A DNA stretch of 64,000 nt, taken from NCBI GenBank assembly GCA_965602015.1, contig OZ271918.1:1120001-1184000 (forward strand). The letters are read 5' to 3'. A program made the position numbers and the translations under genes. Within the stretch, counting starts at the first letter, position 1; each line of letters starts with the position of its first letter. A model generated the notes under the pieces. That model was not told where the DNA came from. It made no database searches and saw only the letters and a program-made list of their open reading frames with translations. Below, piece by piece: positions 19,236 to 29,101 of this stretch. This DNA comes from Salinispira sp. GTDB taxonomy: Bacteria > Spirochaetota > Spirochaetia > DSM-27196 > Salinispiraceae.

Positions 19236-20512
19236 CGGCTCTCCGCTGCACTGAAATTGATATCGACCAGATTGAAAGCGGCGATGAGTTTCTTCAGAGT
19301 CCCGTCTGGGCCCGACATAAATCGGCATTCGGCTGGCGAAGCCGGGCCTTCAGGTTTTTCTTCGCCGACCGGCAGGCTTCCGGCGGCAGTGGAGTCGAGG
19401 ACGAGTTGACCGAAGGCAGCTGGGATCTGCTGGTATTAACCCGGCGAATCGCCCCGTTGCTCTCTCTTTCATATCTGCCCCACGGGCCCTCATTGTCGTA
19501 CATACGCGAAATTCAGGCCGGTCTGTATGCCCGGGGGCACAGCGCCAGTCCGGCGCAAATCCTCAGCCTTATAGGCGCACTACTTAAACCGCAGGTAAAA
19601 TCCTCTATCTTTGTACGTTTCGACCTGGACTGGCCGCTGAGCTCGGCGTTTTCCGGGTCCCTGGCCGGACGGTCCCTGGATGGCACACCGGCGTTTAGCG
19701 ATTCGAAAAGTCCGGGTGCAGTGCCCGGTGCCACACAGCAAGGCACGATTTTAGCAGATGCCGACAGCATCAGCTGGGAGGACACGGGTTTTACCGGCAG
19801 GGGCAGGCTTCATCGGCGAAGCGGCATGGTGAAATCATCGGCGGATATTCAGCCTCCTGATACGGTTCTCATCCCAATCGATAAATCGAGATTCAGCGAG
19901 GAGGATATTCTGTCCTCCATGAAAAGCAAGACCCGTTACAACATCCGCCTGGCGGGCAAGAAGGGGGTGGAAGTTCGGCGCATTGAGCGAACCGATTACA
20001 CGGTTCCCCCGGAACTGCACCAGTGGTATGAGCTGTATCGCATAACCGAGCAGCGGAACAATATCGCCCTTCATTCCCGCCGGTATTACGCCCGCTTGTT
20101 CGAACTGACAAAAAGCGCAGATTGCTTCTTGTACATGGCATATCACCAGGAGGACCTGCTGGCGGGAATCATCGTGGTAAGCAGGGCCTCCAAAAGCTGG
20201 TACCTGTACGGCGCCAGCTCAAACGTAAAACGGAACCTGATGCCCAGCTATGCGCTTCAGTGGCGGGCAATACTCGATCTACGGGAGAAGGGCTGCACGC
20301 TGTACGACATGTTCGGCATCCCGCCTTATGCGGAGAAAGGGCATCCCATGTTCGGCCTGTATCAGTTTAAGACCGGATTTGCCGGAAGAATTATTCATAC
20401 TCCCGGAGCCTGGGATCGCCCGCTGATGCCGATTCTCTACTCAATGTACCGTATGGCCGAAGCCCTGAGAATGTATTATTACCGGGTCTTTCGCAAGCGG
20501 AGGAATAGATGA
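19232..20512 (+). CDS. FemABX/FemX-family aminoacyl-tRNA-dependent peptidoglycan transferase
   Basis: FLQSPVWARHK, MKSKTRYNIRLA, WYLYGASS, YDMFG, GLYQFKTGF. GTGA overlap with metG. Confidence 0.9.
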   Translation: MTALRCTEIDIDQIESGDEFLQSPVWARHKSAFGWRSRAFRFFFADRQASGGSGVEDELTEGSWDLLVLTRRIAPLLSLSYLPHGPSLSYIREIQAGLYARGHSASPAQILSLIGALLKPQVKSSIFVRFDLDWPLSSAFSGSLAGRSLDGTPAFSDSKSPGAVPGATQQGTILADADSISWEDTGFTGRGRLHRRSGMVKSSADIQPPDTVLIPIDKSRFSEEDILSSMKSKTRYNIRLAGKKGVEVRRIERTDYTVPPELHQWYELYRITEQRNNIALHSRRYYARLFELTKSADCFLYMAYHQEDLLAGIIVVSRASKSWYLYGASSNVKRNLMPSYALQWRAILDLREKGCTLYDMFGIPPYAEKGHPMFGLYQFKTGFAGRIIHTPGAWDRPLMPILYSMYRMAEALRMYYYRVFRKRRNR

Positions 20513-22503
20513 AAGGGGCCGCGTCGCCCCTCTTTTTATCGGGGAAGAGAGTAAATCCACAGGGGTATGCGTCTGTTTTCCCTGCATTGCTCCCGCTTCT
20601 TTTCCTGGCATCCTGCGCGGCGGCATCCTCATCGCTGCTCGAATCTCCCGGCATCGAAAATGTGCCGCCGACAACGGCTGCCCCTGAGGTGCCTGAGGTT
20701 TTGAATCAGACTGCAGAAAATGACGAGCCGTCCTTGCCCTCATCACGCCCACCCTCCCTGCGGGGAAATCTGCCGGTGGACAGCCTGGTCAATCCCCTGG
20801 TCTTTTTGCCAGGGGATGGGGCGGGATCGCTGTTTTTAGATCCATCCAAGACCATCGCTCGCCTTGATGGCCCTGTGGAACTTGAAGTACGACAGGGCGG
20901 CGGCCTGGAAGAAACCCCCGTTGCCCTTGTATTGCGTGGTGATGACGGGATTGTATCCTTTCCCCTGAGAGTTCTTCCGGCCCCGCGAGCTGGGGCAGTC
21001 AATGCCCGGGAGCGGCGCTACCGGGTGACGATTAATGCCGGGGAAATCCCCGATCCCGCCTGGGAAGATGCCATTTCTCTGGGGCAGCCCGAAGTAGGCG
21101 TATTTTACGCCCTCATGGTACTGGAAGACGGGGAGAGCGCCGATGAGCTGTTTTCTCTCAGCGGTCAATTACTGCGGGTAGAAGAATATACTTCCGGGGA
21201 GCAGCTTGCCCTGGTCGCCTCGCCGGTAATGCACAGCAGCGTCGACGGACCGCGCTGGCAGCCGGTGCTCGGGACTGCGGGCTATAGATATGAAATAATC
21301 CCCAGGGGCTCTGCGGGAGACATTATTGCCTCGGGCGTTTTTCGCGGGCACCATATGGATGATATTTTTCTCAGACGCGTCCTTCCGGCGCCGGGCAATT
21401 ACCGCATCCGGCTCAGGCCGGAGACCTCAGCGGGACGAACAGATATTGCCTGGAGCGACTGGCTGGATATCCGGATTCCCGATAGGGTTTTGGCCCTGGA
21501 CTCCCGCGAGTTGGTCGTTCAGGATCTGTCTCCCGGAGCTTCCCAAGCAGAGCAGCAGCTGAGCTCGGCGATAATTCCCGTTGATGAACGCAACCGCTCG
21601 GGCATTACCATCGCCGCCTATAGATTGCCGGCGTTTATGCGCTATGAAATGACAAACGACATGGCCGCCTTCCTGTTGAACCGGGGGCTGGAGGAACAGG
21701 AGCTTGCGACGGGAATGGGGGAATTCGGCCAACCGGAGCTCTATTCCCTGCCAAATAATCAGACAGTTATCGGTTTCGAAGACCTGTTTTACGGCATTCA
21801 ATTCGGCCTCGCGCTCGAAGACCAGGGCGATGATCCGCCGCGTGTCCGGCCGGTCAGAGGCTATGAGAATCATCCGGTAACAGGAATAACCTGGTTCGGC
21901 GCTCTGTATCTTGCGAATCGCTTGAGCCGGGAACACGGTCGACAGCCGGTCTACAATCTGGAAACCCTGGATTGGGATTATGAGAAAAACGGGTACCGTT
22001 TGCCCCTGGAAATGGAGTGGGAAGCCTATGCTCGGCTTCAGCGAAACACCGCCCCGGTGAATTATTTTCGCTCCTTCGATTCCTGGGAAGACGTGCGCTA
22101 CCCCCACACAGCCCTGGGGGGGCCCAGCGCCCCCGGCACAGCATGGGAGGAGTTTTACCGAACCGCTGAACAGGAAGCCCGTCACCTGCTGGGAAATATG
22201 TGGGAGTGGTGTTGGGACTGGTATGACGAGCGGGCCTACAGCAGCTATGCCCTGGAAGACCAGACCGGAATGGACCGGATAATCGGCCAGCTCGGCGGCG
22301 AGGCGAGACAACTGCTGTTATCCAAGGGCGAAGAGCTGGAAGGGGATCCCGATCCTAACGATCCGATTTTTCTCCGGGTGACCCGGGGAGCGGCCTGGAA
22401 CTCCAATGCGGAGCTGGTGAGGCTCACCAACCGGGGCCGGTTTTACGTGGATGAAACATCCTGGAGCGTAGGGCTGCGCTTGGTGCTGGACAGGGAGTTT
22501 TGA
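20509..22503 (+). CDS. Lipoprotein with FN3-like and SUMF1/FGE-sulfatase-like domain
   Basis: Lipobox LFLASC; FN3-like WQPV...YRIRLRP...WSDW; HPVTGITW, GYRLPLEMEWE, GNMWEWCWDWY, RGAAW, VGLRLV. Confidence 0.85.
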   Translation: MKGAASPLFLSGKRVNPQGYASVFPALLPLLFLASCAAASSSLLESPGIENVPPTTAAPEVPEVLNQTAENDEPSLPSSRPPSLRGNLPVDSLVNPLVFLPGDGAGSLFLDPSKTIARLDGPVELEVRQGGGLEETPVALVLRGDDGIVSFPLRVLPAPRAGAVNARERRYRVTINAGEIPDPAWEDAISLGQPEVGVFYALMVLEDGESADELFSLSGQLLRVEEYTSGEQLALVASPVMHSSVDGPRWQPVLGTAGYRYEIIPRGSAGDIIASGVFRGHHMDDIFLRRVLPAPGNYRIRLRPETSAGRTDIAWSDWLDIRIPDRVLALDSRELVVQDLSPGASQAEQQLSSAIIPVDERNRSGITIAAYRLPAFMRYEMTNDMAAFLLNRGLEEQELATGMGEFGQPELYSLPNNQTVIGFEDLFYGIQFGLALEDQGDDPPRVRPVRGYENHPVTGITWFGALYLANRLSREHGRQPVYNLETLDWDYEKNGYRLPLEMEWEAYARLQRNTAPVNYFRSFDSWEDVRYPHTALGGPSAPGTAWEEFYRTAEQEARHLLGNMWEWCWDWYDERAYSSYALEDQTGMDRIIGQLGGEARQLLLSKGEELEGDPDPNDPIFLRVTRGAAWNSNAELVRLTNRGRFYVDETSWSVGLRLVLDREF

Positions 22504-22538
22504 GCCCAGCCCGTGCATGCGGTTTTCTGCCTATATCT

Positions 22539-23750
22539 TTATGAAGTGACGCCGAATCGCTTTTCAAGTCGATCGTAATAATCGATGATGCTTCTCACGT
22601 ACTCCCGCTTTTTCCGATAGTCGCCGTAATAGAAGGAACGCTTGAAACCGTAAATGATGATGTTCTTCAGGAGTTTCGGACTAATATCGAAATTTCGAAG
22701 GGCGAGGAGGATTTCATTACTCACGCTGGTATGGCTGACCAAGCGGTTATCTGTACAGAAGCTTACGCTGAGCTTTGATTCCAGCATTTTTGACAGCGAA
22801 TGCTGGCGAATGTCAGGAATCTGCGGGCTGGTCTGCAGGTTGCTGGTGAGGCAGACCTCGAGGGTTACGCGTTTGTCGGCGATAAACTGCTGAAGCCCTG
22901 TAAGAAACTGCTGTTTATCCGCAATGCTGTCATCGCTAATCATGGATTCATCAAAAAGATGAAGACCGTGGCCGATCCGGTCCGCATGCAGATCGGTTAA
23001 GGCCTGAAATATGCTTTCCGGGCCGTAGGCTTCGCCGGCGTGCACCGTTTTATTGAGAAAGTGCTTGTGCACATACTGATAGCTTTCCTCATGAGTGGAC
23101 GCCGGGTATCCGTATTCGCTGCCCGCAAGGTCGAACCCCACAATCTGAACCTGGCTGTTCTTTCTGAGCGCCACCGCCGCCCTGGCGAGCTCCAGGCTTG
23201 CGTAGCGGATAACTTCTTTCTGGGATGAGTGGCTGTGGAGATTTATGAGCTCTCCATAGTAGGGACTGAATTTATCGGTAAAAAAACGCATGGCACATAC
23301 GATGATTCCGTATTCGAATCGGGGCTGGTTATCGGGAAGCGTGGAGTTGAATTCATCTCGTTTTTTCCTCAATCCCCGGTCAACCGACTCCATAATCACT
23401 TCGAAGCTCAAGCCCTTGCGGATATGCAGTTGAGGGGCGAAGCGAACTTCGAGATAGCGGACTCCCTCGTTAATGTTGTCCTCCGCAAGTTCATATGCAA
23501 TGCGCTCAAGGGCGGCGGCGTCGGTCATGACCGCCGTGGTGTAGGCGAACCCCGTCAGGTATTCATTGAGGTCGGCATAGCGGTCCTTAAAAACCGTTTC
23601 TCTCAGACCCTCTTCGCTGGTGCTCGGGAGCTCGACCTTTCTCTCGGCAGCCAGTTCGATAAGGGTCGGTATTCTCAGACTTCCGTCCAGATGGACGTGA
23701 AGATCGGTCTTGGGTATTTCATGAATAAATTCTTCGCTAAACCAGCTCAT
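22539..23750 (-). CDS. add: Adenosine deaminase family protein
   Basis: PKTDLHVHLDGS, YLEVRFAP, GFDLAGSE, TVHAGE, RIGHG, EVCLTSN, TDN. Confidence 0.9.
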   Translation of the reverse strand: MSWFSEEFIHEIPKTDLHVHLDGSLRIPTLIELAAERKVELPSTSEEGLRETVFKDRYADLNEYLTGFAYTTAVMTDAAALERIAYELAEDNINEGVRYLEVRFAPQLHIRKGLSFEVIMESVDRGLRKKRDEFNSTLPDNQPRFEYGIIVCAMRFFTDKFSPYYGELINLHSHSSQKEVIRYASLELARAAVALRKNSQVQIVGFDLAGSEYGYPASTHEESYQYVHKHFLNKTVHAGEAYGPESIFQALTDLHADRIGHGLHLFDESMISDDSIADKQQFLTGLQQFIADKRVTLEVCLTSNLQTSPQIPDIRQHSLSKMLESKLSVSFCTDNRLVSHTSVSNEILLALRNFDISPKLLKNIIIYGFKRSFYYGDYRKKREYVRSIIDYYDRLEKRFGVTS

Positions 23751-23847
23751 GCATCAAACATACCCGGGGGCGGGACATCTGTCCAGAAAATTACGCTTCG
23801 AGCACCCATGCTTGCTCAAGGACTCGTTTGAGTTTTACTATGAACTC

Positions 23848-25353
23848 ATGCAGCTAACCAGAAATGCTACAAGCCGGGGCAAGGTCCTTCTGGGCCATGC
23901 GATCAGGACACTGACGGCGTGTATTCTTTTAGTAAGTCAGCCACTGCTATCGGCCCAGGATGCGGGCTTTCGTCTTGAGCTCAGGATTTTTCCCCAGGAG
24001 GCCAGCCTGCGGGCCGACGGCGAAATAAGGGAACCTTCGGGTCAGTCAGGTTATTACCGGGTATATGAATTCCCTCAACGGCCCGGGCTTCTCCGTTTCG
24101 AAGCCGACGGCTACATACCCCGGGTTATGCAACTTGATGAACAGCTACCTTCCCCGGCGGACCTGGAGCTCAAGCTGGAGCGCAGCGGAGAGGCTTCTGC
24201 GATGCTTCTGCTTGGCGAACTGGACAGCGGTTCTTCGCCCAAAAGCGTCGAGTTCAGTCCGGACGGACAAAGGATGTTTGTTGCCCAGCTCAGCGGGAGC
24301 GGGATAGACATCTACCGGCTGCCTGAAATGGCACGGGAAGGGCAGCTGCGACTGGATCCCCCGGGAGATTACCTCGGGGGCTATGTTGAGTTCGCCGTAC
24401 GGCGGGAATCCGGGGAGCTCTGGATAAGTCAGATGACCACCGCTGAGGTGCATGTGGTCGACCTGGAGAATCTGGAAGTTCAGCAGGCCATCCCCACCGG
24501 CGGCGCGTGGTCCAAGGTTATCTGTTTCACCCCTGATGAACGATTCGCCTTTGTCTCCAACTGGCTCAGCGGAGACATCAGCGTTATTGACGCGGAAGCC
24601 CGAAGGCTTCTGGGCCGGATTCCCGTTGGTTCGGTGCCGAGGGGTCTGGCGGTCGAAGAATCACAGCGGAGACTTTTTGTTACCGATTACGAACAAGGCC
24701 GGGTCCTTTCCTATTCCCTGGGTGAACTCAACGGCCTGCTGTACGGCACTGGCATGGCTTCCTATGATGCAATCGCCGAACATCTCGCGAATATGAAGCC
24801 GGACCGGACTCTGAGCCCCGGACCCGGAGCCAAGCGCCACATTGTTATTTCAACACGGCGGCAGAGGATTTATGTATCCGATATGATGCACGGAAGTATT
24901 TTTGTGTATAACCTGGCAGATTTACGCCTGCTTGCGGAAATACCCGTAGGTCCCAAGCTCAATACCATAGCCCTCGATCCCCGCGAAGAGTTTCTCTACA
25001 TCAGCAGCCGGGGACGGAATAATCCAGAATCATACCTCATCGCCGGTCCGGATTTCGGGCGGGTATATGTCATGGATGCACAAAGCCTTGAGATAGTCGA
25101 CTGGGTCTGGGGGGGCAACCAGCCGACCGGCCTGGCAGTCAGTCCCGACGGGTCCCTGCTGGCGTTTACCGACTTTCTCGATGAACGGCTCGAGTTGTAC
25201 GATATTTCCCGGTATTCGGCGGTAAATCCCTGGTCGCTGATGTGGGGACGGTTACGGGCTGAAATTTTCCAGGGATTGCACAGCCGCGACGAACTGCCGC
25301 CCGCGGTCGAACTCATTGAGAAACAACCCGAAGCTCGCGCAGCCCGGAGATAG
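23848..25353 (+). CDS. Exported YncE/YVTN-type beta-propeller protein
   Basis: Signal-like N-terminus; repeated propeller units PKSVEFSPDG, IPVGSVPRGLAV, IPVGPKLNTIALDP, GNQPTGLAVSPDG. Start uncertain. Confidence 0.85.
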   Translation: MQLTRNATSRGKVLLGHAIRTLTACILLVSQPLLSAQDAGFRLELRIFPQEASLRADGEIREPSGQSGYYRVYEFPQRPGLLRFEADGYIPRVMQLDEQLPSPADLELKLERSGEASAMLLLGELDSGSSPKSVEFSPDGQRMFVAQLSGSGIDIYRLPEMAREGQLRLDPPGDYLGGYVEFAVRRESGELWISQMTTAEVHVVDLENLEVQQAIPTGGAWSKVICFTPDERFAFVSNWLSGDISVIDAEARRLLGRIPVGSVPRGLAVEESQRRLFVTDYEQGRVLSYSLGELNGLLYGTGMASYDAIAEHLANMKPDRTLSPGPGAKRHIVISTRRQRIYVSDMMHGSIFVYNLADLRLLAEIPVGPKLNTIALDPREEFLYISSRGRNNPESYLIAGPDFGRVYVMDAQSLEIVDWVWGGNQPTGLAVSPDGSLLAFTDFLDERLELYDISRYSAVNPWSLMWGRLRAEIFQGLHSRDELPPAVELIEKQPEARAARR

Positions 25354-26721
25354 CAGCAGAACTGCTTCCTCTTCCGCCTGCGCCTCGGCGGCGATGTCCG
25401 CGGCGGCCTTGTTTACCGCACTCGCCATATCGCCGTACAGTCCCGGAGCGGCAGGGAGAGAGTCCTTTTTGCTTCCGGCCTTTAGCTGCTGGAGAACTTC
25501 GGCAGTGCCGCTGCCCTCAAGCAGGTAAGCCCGATAGCTGGCGGCTATTGCCTCAGCGATGAGCTGGAGGTCGATTCCCTTCCGGCTTCCCCCGCAAATG
25601 AGGAAGACCTTTTTGCCCGCAAAGGCCCGTACCGCCGCAAGACATGCTTCCGGGATTGTAGCCGCCGAATCATTGTATGCCCTGGCATTGCCGGTTTTTC
25701 CGATATACTGCAGCCGGTGTTCAACGCCTGGAAATGATTCAAGAGCCCCGGCGCACTGGTTCTCGGTGAGGCCCAGCAGAAGAAGGGCTTCGGCGGCAAC
25801 CGCGAAGTTTTTCATTTGATGCTGACCGGGAACCAGGGGCCCGACGGGCAACGCTCCCGGTCTCGGGCAATCGGCGGAAAAAAGCGGACGCCTGATGGTT
25901 AATCCGTTCCTTTGTGCGGCAGAGATAAACACACGGTTCCAGTCTCCCGAGTCTCCGATAATTGCCGTCCCCCCCGCTGCGGTAAGGGAAAACAAAGCCG
26001 CCTTGTCGGCCGCATAGCTCTCCATATCCGGGTAGTAATCCTGGTGATCCGGGAGCAGATTTGTTATTGCCGAGATATCCGGAAGGATGAACCGGGATTT
26101 CCCCGATTGCTGGTTTTCGCCATCAACGACGAGCACAAGATCCCCGATTTGAAATGATGAAAGCTCAAGCACCACGCACACCCGCTTGCTCTCATCCAAG
26201 AGCCGGCATACTTCTTCAACAAAATTTAAGGGGCTGTTGGTGATGTTCCCCCCGAGGAAACTGTCCCGACCCCAGCATTGTAGGCCGTGATGTATGGCGC
26301 TGACCGTCGAGCTCTTTCCCTTTGTTCCGGTCACCGCCACGATATTGAGGAGATTCTGGGGGGTAGAGTGAAGCGCCAATTCTTCCAGGAACAGCGATAT
26401 ATCCGTGGCCATACGGGCTCCGGCTTGTATGCCCTTGAGCAGGTGGGGGGCATTTCTGGGAACCGCGGGATTTTTTACAATAATGTCCGCATTGGAAAAA
26501 TCTTCATCCCGGTGTTCGCCGAGAACAAAGCGTATGTCCAGATCGGCGAGGGCCTCGACGCTTGGCCGAAGGGTATCGGCGCTCCTCAAATCGGTGACTG
26601 TCACCTTCGCCCCCCGGGAAGCACAGTAGCGGGCCGCTGCGGCGCCTCCGCCGTGCAATCCCAGCCCCATTATCGTCACTCGGCGATTGCTGAGATTTGT
26701 TTTTATAGCAGTTCCGTTCAA
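25252..26721 (-). CDS. murD: UDP-N-acetylmuramoyl-L-alanine--D-glutamate ligase
   Basis: MGLGLHGGG, AVTGTKGKSST, GGNI, LELSSFQ, NLLPDHQDYY, EHRL, NDSAAT, LSPGCASF..F.NEFDRG. Confidence 0.95.
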   Translation of the reverse strand: MNGTAIKTNLSNRRVTIMGLGLHGGGAAAARYCASRGAKVTVTDLRSADTLRPSVEALADLDIRFVLGEHRDEDFSNADIIVKNPAVPRNAPHLLKGIQAGARMATDISLFLEELALHSTPQNLLNIVAVTGTKGKSSTVSAIHHGLQCWGRDSFLGGNITNSPLNFVEEVCRLLDESKRVCVVLELSSFQIGDLVLVVDGENQQSGKSRFILPDISAITNLLPDHQDYYPDMESYAADKAALFSLTAAGGTAIIGDSGDWNRVFISAAQRNGLTIRRPLFSADCPRPGALPVGPLVPGQHQMKNFAVAAEALLLLGLTENQCAGALESFPGVEHRLQYIGKTGNARAYNDSAATIPEACLAAVRAFAGKKVFLICGGSRKGIDLQLIAEAIAASYRAYLLEGSGTAEVLQQLKAGSKKDSLPAAPGLYGDMASAVNKAAADIAAEAQAEEEAVLLLSPGCASFGLFLNEFDRGRQFVAAVQSLENFSP

Positions 26722-27665
26722 TGCAGGTTGTCCTCTACCAGATATTCCCTCAGATCGTCTTCATTGAGGTATGCCTGAACCGATGTTTTACTCCAGGGCT
26801 CCCTCATGCTGTCGGGGACTTTTTGGCGGATGAGCTGATATGCCTGAAGATTCTCGCTGAACTCGGCGTTCCTGAGGGCCGATTCGATGGTCTCAAGATA
26901 TTTTGTTAGAAACCGCCGGATATTGTGATGGGCTGCCAGGCGTGTTTTTCTGGCCTCGGGGGTGAACACATTGAGCGTCTGGCAGATCGCCTGATACTTA
27001 CAGTTTATCGGGTAGAACGGATAGCTGCGCTGCTTCTCGGCGAGAAACAGCTTGGAGAAAAACTTGGTGAGCTCCCGGTCAAGCCAGATTCCCTGTACGA
27101 AATAGCCCCGGCCGGTCTCGCCGATCCAGGTATCCGAAATGCTTTGCTCGATGAACAGGGCGGGAAAGCCGTCGATCTTGCTGATTTCTCCAATGGGGAT
27201 AATATCCGCCTCCACAATTATCCGGTTTGTGCGGAATTCCGGCGAACGATCATTGCTGCCTTCTTTTAGCACCTCATGGTGGCTGGGATGAAAAGTGACA
27301 TCGAATTTCAGTTGGTACATGTAACTGGCATCCTGAATTTTATAAAGCTGATAGAATGTCGGGCGGTGTACATCTGTGGGGTCGAAGTAATACTTCATCC
27401 CGTTGAGAAATCCCGGGAGACTTTCCATCACCCCTTCGACCACCCTGGTTATGGTGGTGCTGTATTCCTTGCTAGGTTCGGGATTCCTGACGTCATGATG
27501 TATGGGCATTGATGGAACGATGAGAGGTTTATCAGATTTGAGAAACATCTCCTCGCTGGAATTATAATGGCAACTGTACTGTTTTATCTCAGAATGGTCC
27601 CTGCCGATGATCTCATTGATGCGCTGGTTTGTGTTTCCAACAATTAGATGCTTTGAACTGGCCAT
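26718..27665 (-). CDS. Hypothetical protein, translationally coupled to murD
   Basis: 315-aa ORF with ATGA overlap to murD; no recognised motif. Confidence 0.8.
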   Translation of the reverse strand: MASSKHLIVGNTNQRINEIIGRDHSEIKQYSCHYNSSEEMFLKSDKPLIVPSMPIHHDVRNPEPSKEYSTTITRVVEGVMESLPGFLNGMKYYFDPTDVHRPTFYQLYKIQDASYMYQLKFDVTFHPSHHEVLKEGSNDRSPEFRTNRIIVEADIIPIGEISKIDGFPALFIEQSISDTWIGETGRGYFVQGIWLDRELTKFFSKLFLAEKQRSYPFYPINCKYQAICQTLNVFTPEARKTRLAAHHNIRRFLTKYLETIESALRNAEFSENLQAYQLIRQKVPDSMREPWSKTSVQAYLNEDDLREYLVEDNLH

Positions 27666-27697
27666 GATATATTAAACTATAAGCAATAAACCGGCCT

Positions 27698-27727
27698 TTG
27701 TACATTGTGAGCGATCGATTGTATAAT
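27698..27727 (+). promoter_or_regulatory. Candidate sigma70 promoter for the FecR-domain gene
   Basis: TTGTAC (27698) and a perfect TATAAT (27722) 18 bp apart, followed by an AAGGAG RBS and ATG 27760. Confidence 0.4.
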
Positions 27728-27759
27728 GGCCTCCGGAATCGGAGTAGAAGGAGTTAAGG

Positions 27760-28944
27760 ATGAAAAAAGTACTGCTGCTGGCGATGACACTGCTGCTTCT
27801 GCATACCCTCACGGTTTCGGCTCAGGAAGACGAGGAAGTCTTCGGGGTCATCCTCTTTGCCGAGGGCGCTCAGCTGAGTATTTTTCGGCAAGGGGAGCTT
27901 CTTCGCTACGACCTTTTCGAGGATGACGTGCTCGGCATGCCTCTTCTTCAGGGCGATATGGTCCAGACTGAAGATAATAGTTTTGTGGAAATACAAATGC
28001 TTCCCAGCGAGAGCGTAGTCAAAGTCGCTGAAAACACAACCTTTGAGATCACTTCAATCGGGAACCAGGGCGGCGGCAGTTTCGAGTTGCTGTACGGCCG
28101 GGTCCGGGCGAAGGTGAGCCGGTTAAACGACGAACAGTTTCAGATACGGGGTCGCTCGGCCATTGCCGGTGTGCGTGGAACGGATTTTGGATACGACTAT
28201 GTGACAAGAATAGGCGAATCCGTTACACCTACAACCTCGGTGTACTGCTTCGAAGGTTCGGTGGAAGTAGTCGGCGGTCAGAACGATGCCATTGCGGATG
28301 CTAACGGCTCTCCCGGCCAGGATGAAGTAGAACCCGACGGCGTGCTAATAGAGGCATTTGAAATGGTTGCGGTCAGCGAAGACCGGTCCGCAGGCCCCTT
28401 GACCCCGGTGGAAGTCCGATTCGATGCCCGTCAGATAGATCAGGAAATAACCGACTACTGGAGGGACAACTCCTTCAAATCGGTCGCGGTGAATCCCAAG
28501 GAAATCGAAAACGTATTTCCGAGCATCAAGGAGGACCTGCGGGCCGCAAAAGCCCAGGCTGCTTTGGCCGCTGAAAAACGGGCATTTTTGGCAAGCGGTC
28601 AGACCCTCAGGGCCTTCAGGGAATCACGGCAACAGGCCGCTGCCCTTCAGACGCCCGCACCCGCCAGGGATCCCTTTCCCCTGATTCAACCGATATCTGT
28701 TGCCAGCCTCATCCCGGAAATTCAGACCGTCGCCTATCAGGCCAACGGACTGCGGGTGGCCGGAGCATTTATGGGTACCCTCGGCGTGCTGGCTGAGACC
28801 GCGGGAATCCTGTTCACGTTTTACTCGGAGGAGTTGGGTCTGGATTCGGCATTCTCGGAAAACTATGGTCCGGCGCTAATGGGAGCCGGAGGTGTGAGTT
28901 TGTCTATCGGCCTCATCTCTTTGCTGATTGATTTAGCCCGATAG
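27760..28944 (+). CDS. FecR-domain exported protein with C-terminal hydrophobic segments
   Basis: Signal peptide; GDMVQT..NSFVEI, LLYGRVRAKV, AIAGVRGTDF, VYCFEGSVEV are typical FecR motifs. Confidence 0.85.
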   Translation: MKKVLLLAMTLLLLHTLTVSAQEDEEVFGVILFAEGAQLSIFRQGELLRYDLFEDDVLGMPLLQGDMVQTEDNSFVEIQMLPSESVVKVAENTTFEITSIGNQGGGSFELLYGRVRAKVSRLNDEQFQIRGRSAIAGVRGTDFGYDYVTRIGESVTPTTSVYCFEGSVEVVGGQNDAIADANGSPGQDEVEPDGVLIEAFEMVAVSEDRSAGPLTPVEVRFDARQIDQEITDYWRDNSFKSVAVNPKEIENVFPSIKEDLRAAKAQAALAAEKRAFLASGQTLRAFRESRQQAAALQTPAPARDPFPLIQPISVASLIPEIQTVAYQANGLRVAGAFMGTLGVLAETAGILFTFYSEELGLDSAFSENYGPALMGAGGVSLSIGLISLLIDLAR

Positions 28945-29101
28945 CCTCCCGGCACATTGCCGGTCGTTAAAACGGAAGGCTTCAGCTGCCTGATACACCC
29001 TGGTCGGCAGAACTGCCTCAGCTTTCGAGGCTGCATGGTATTTGGGATTTTGCCAACCCGGGGATTGCAGTCACGGCCGTGTTTCCGCCGCCCCTGTGAG
29101 C

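Noticed and set aside
20509..22503. FGE-domain lipoprotein as a diversity-generating retroelement target
   Set aside because: No reverse transcriptase gene and no template-repeat copy of its 3' end were seen in the window.
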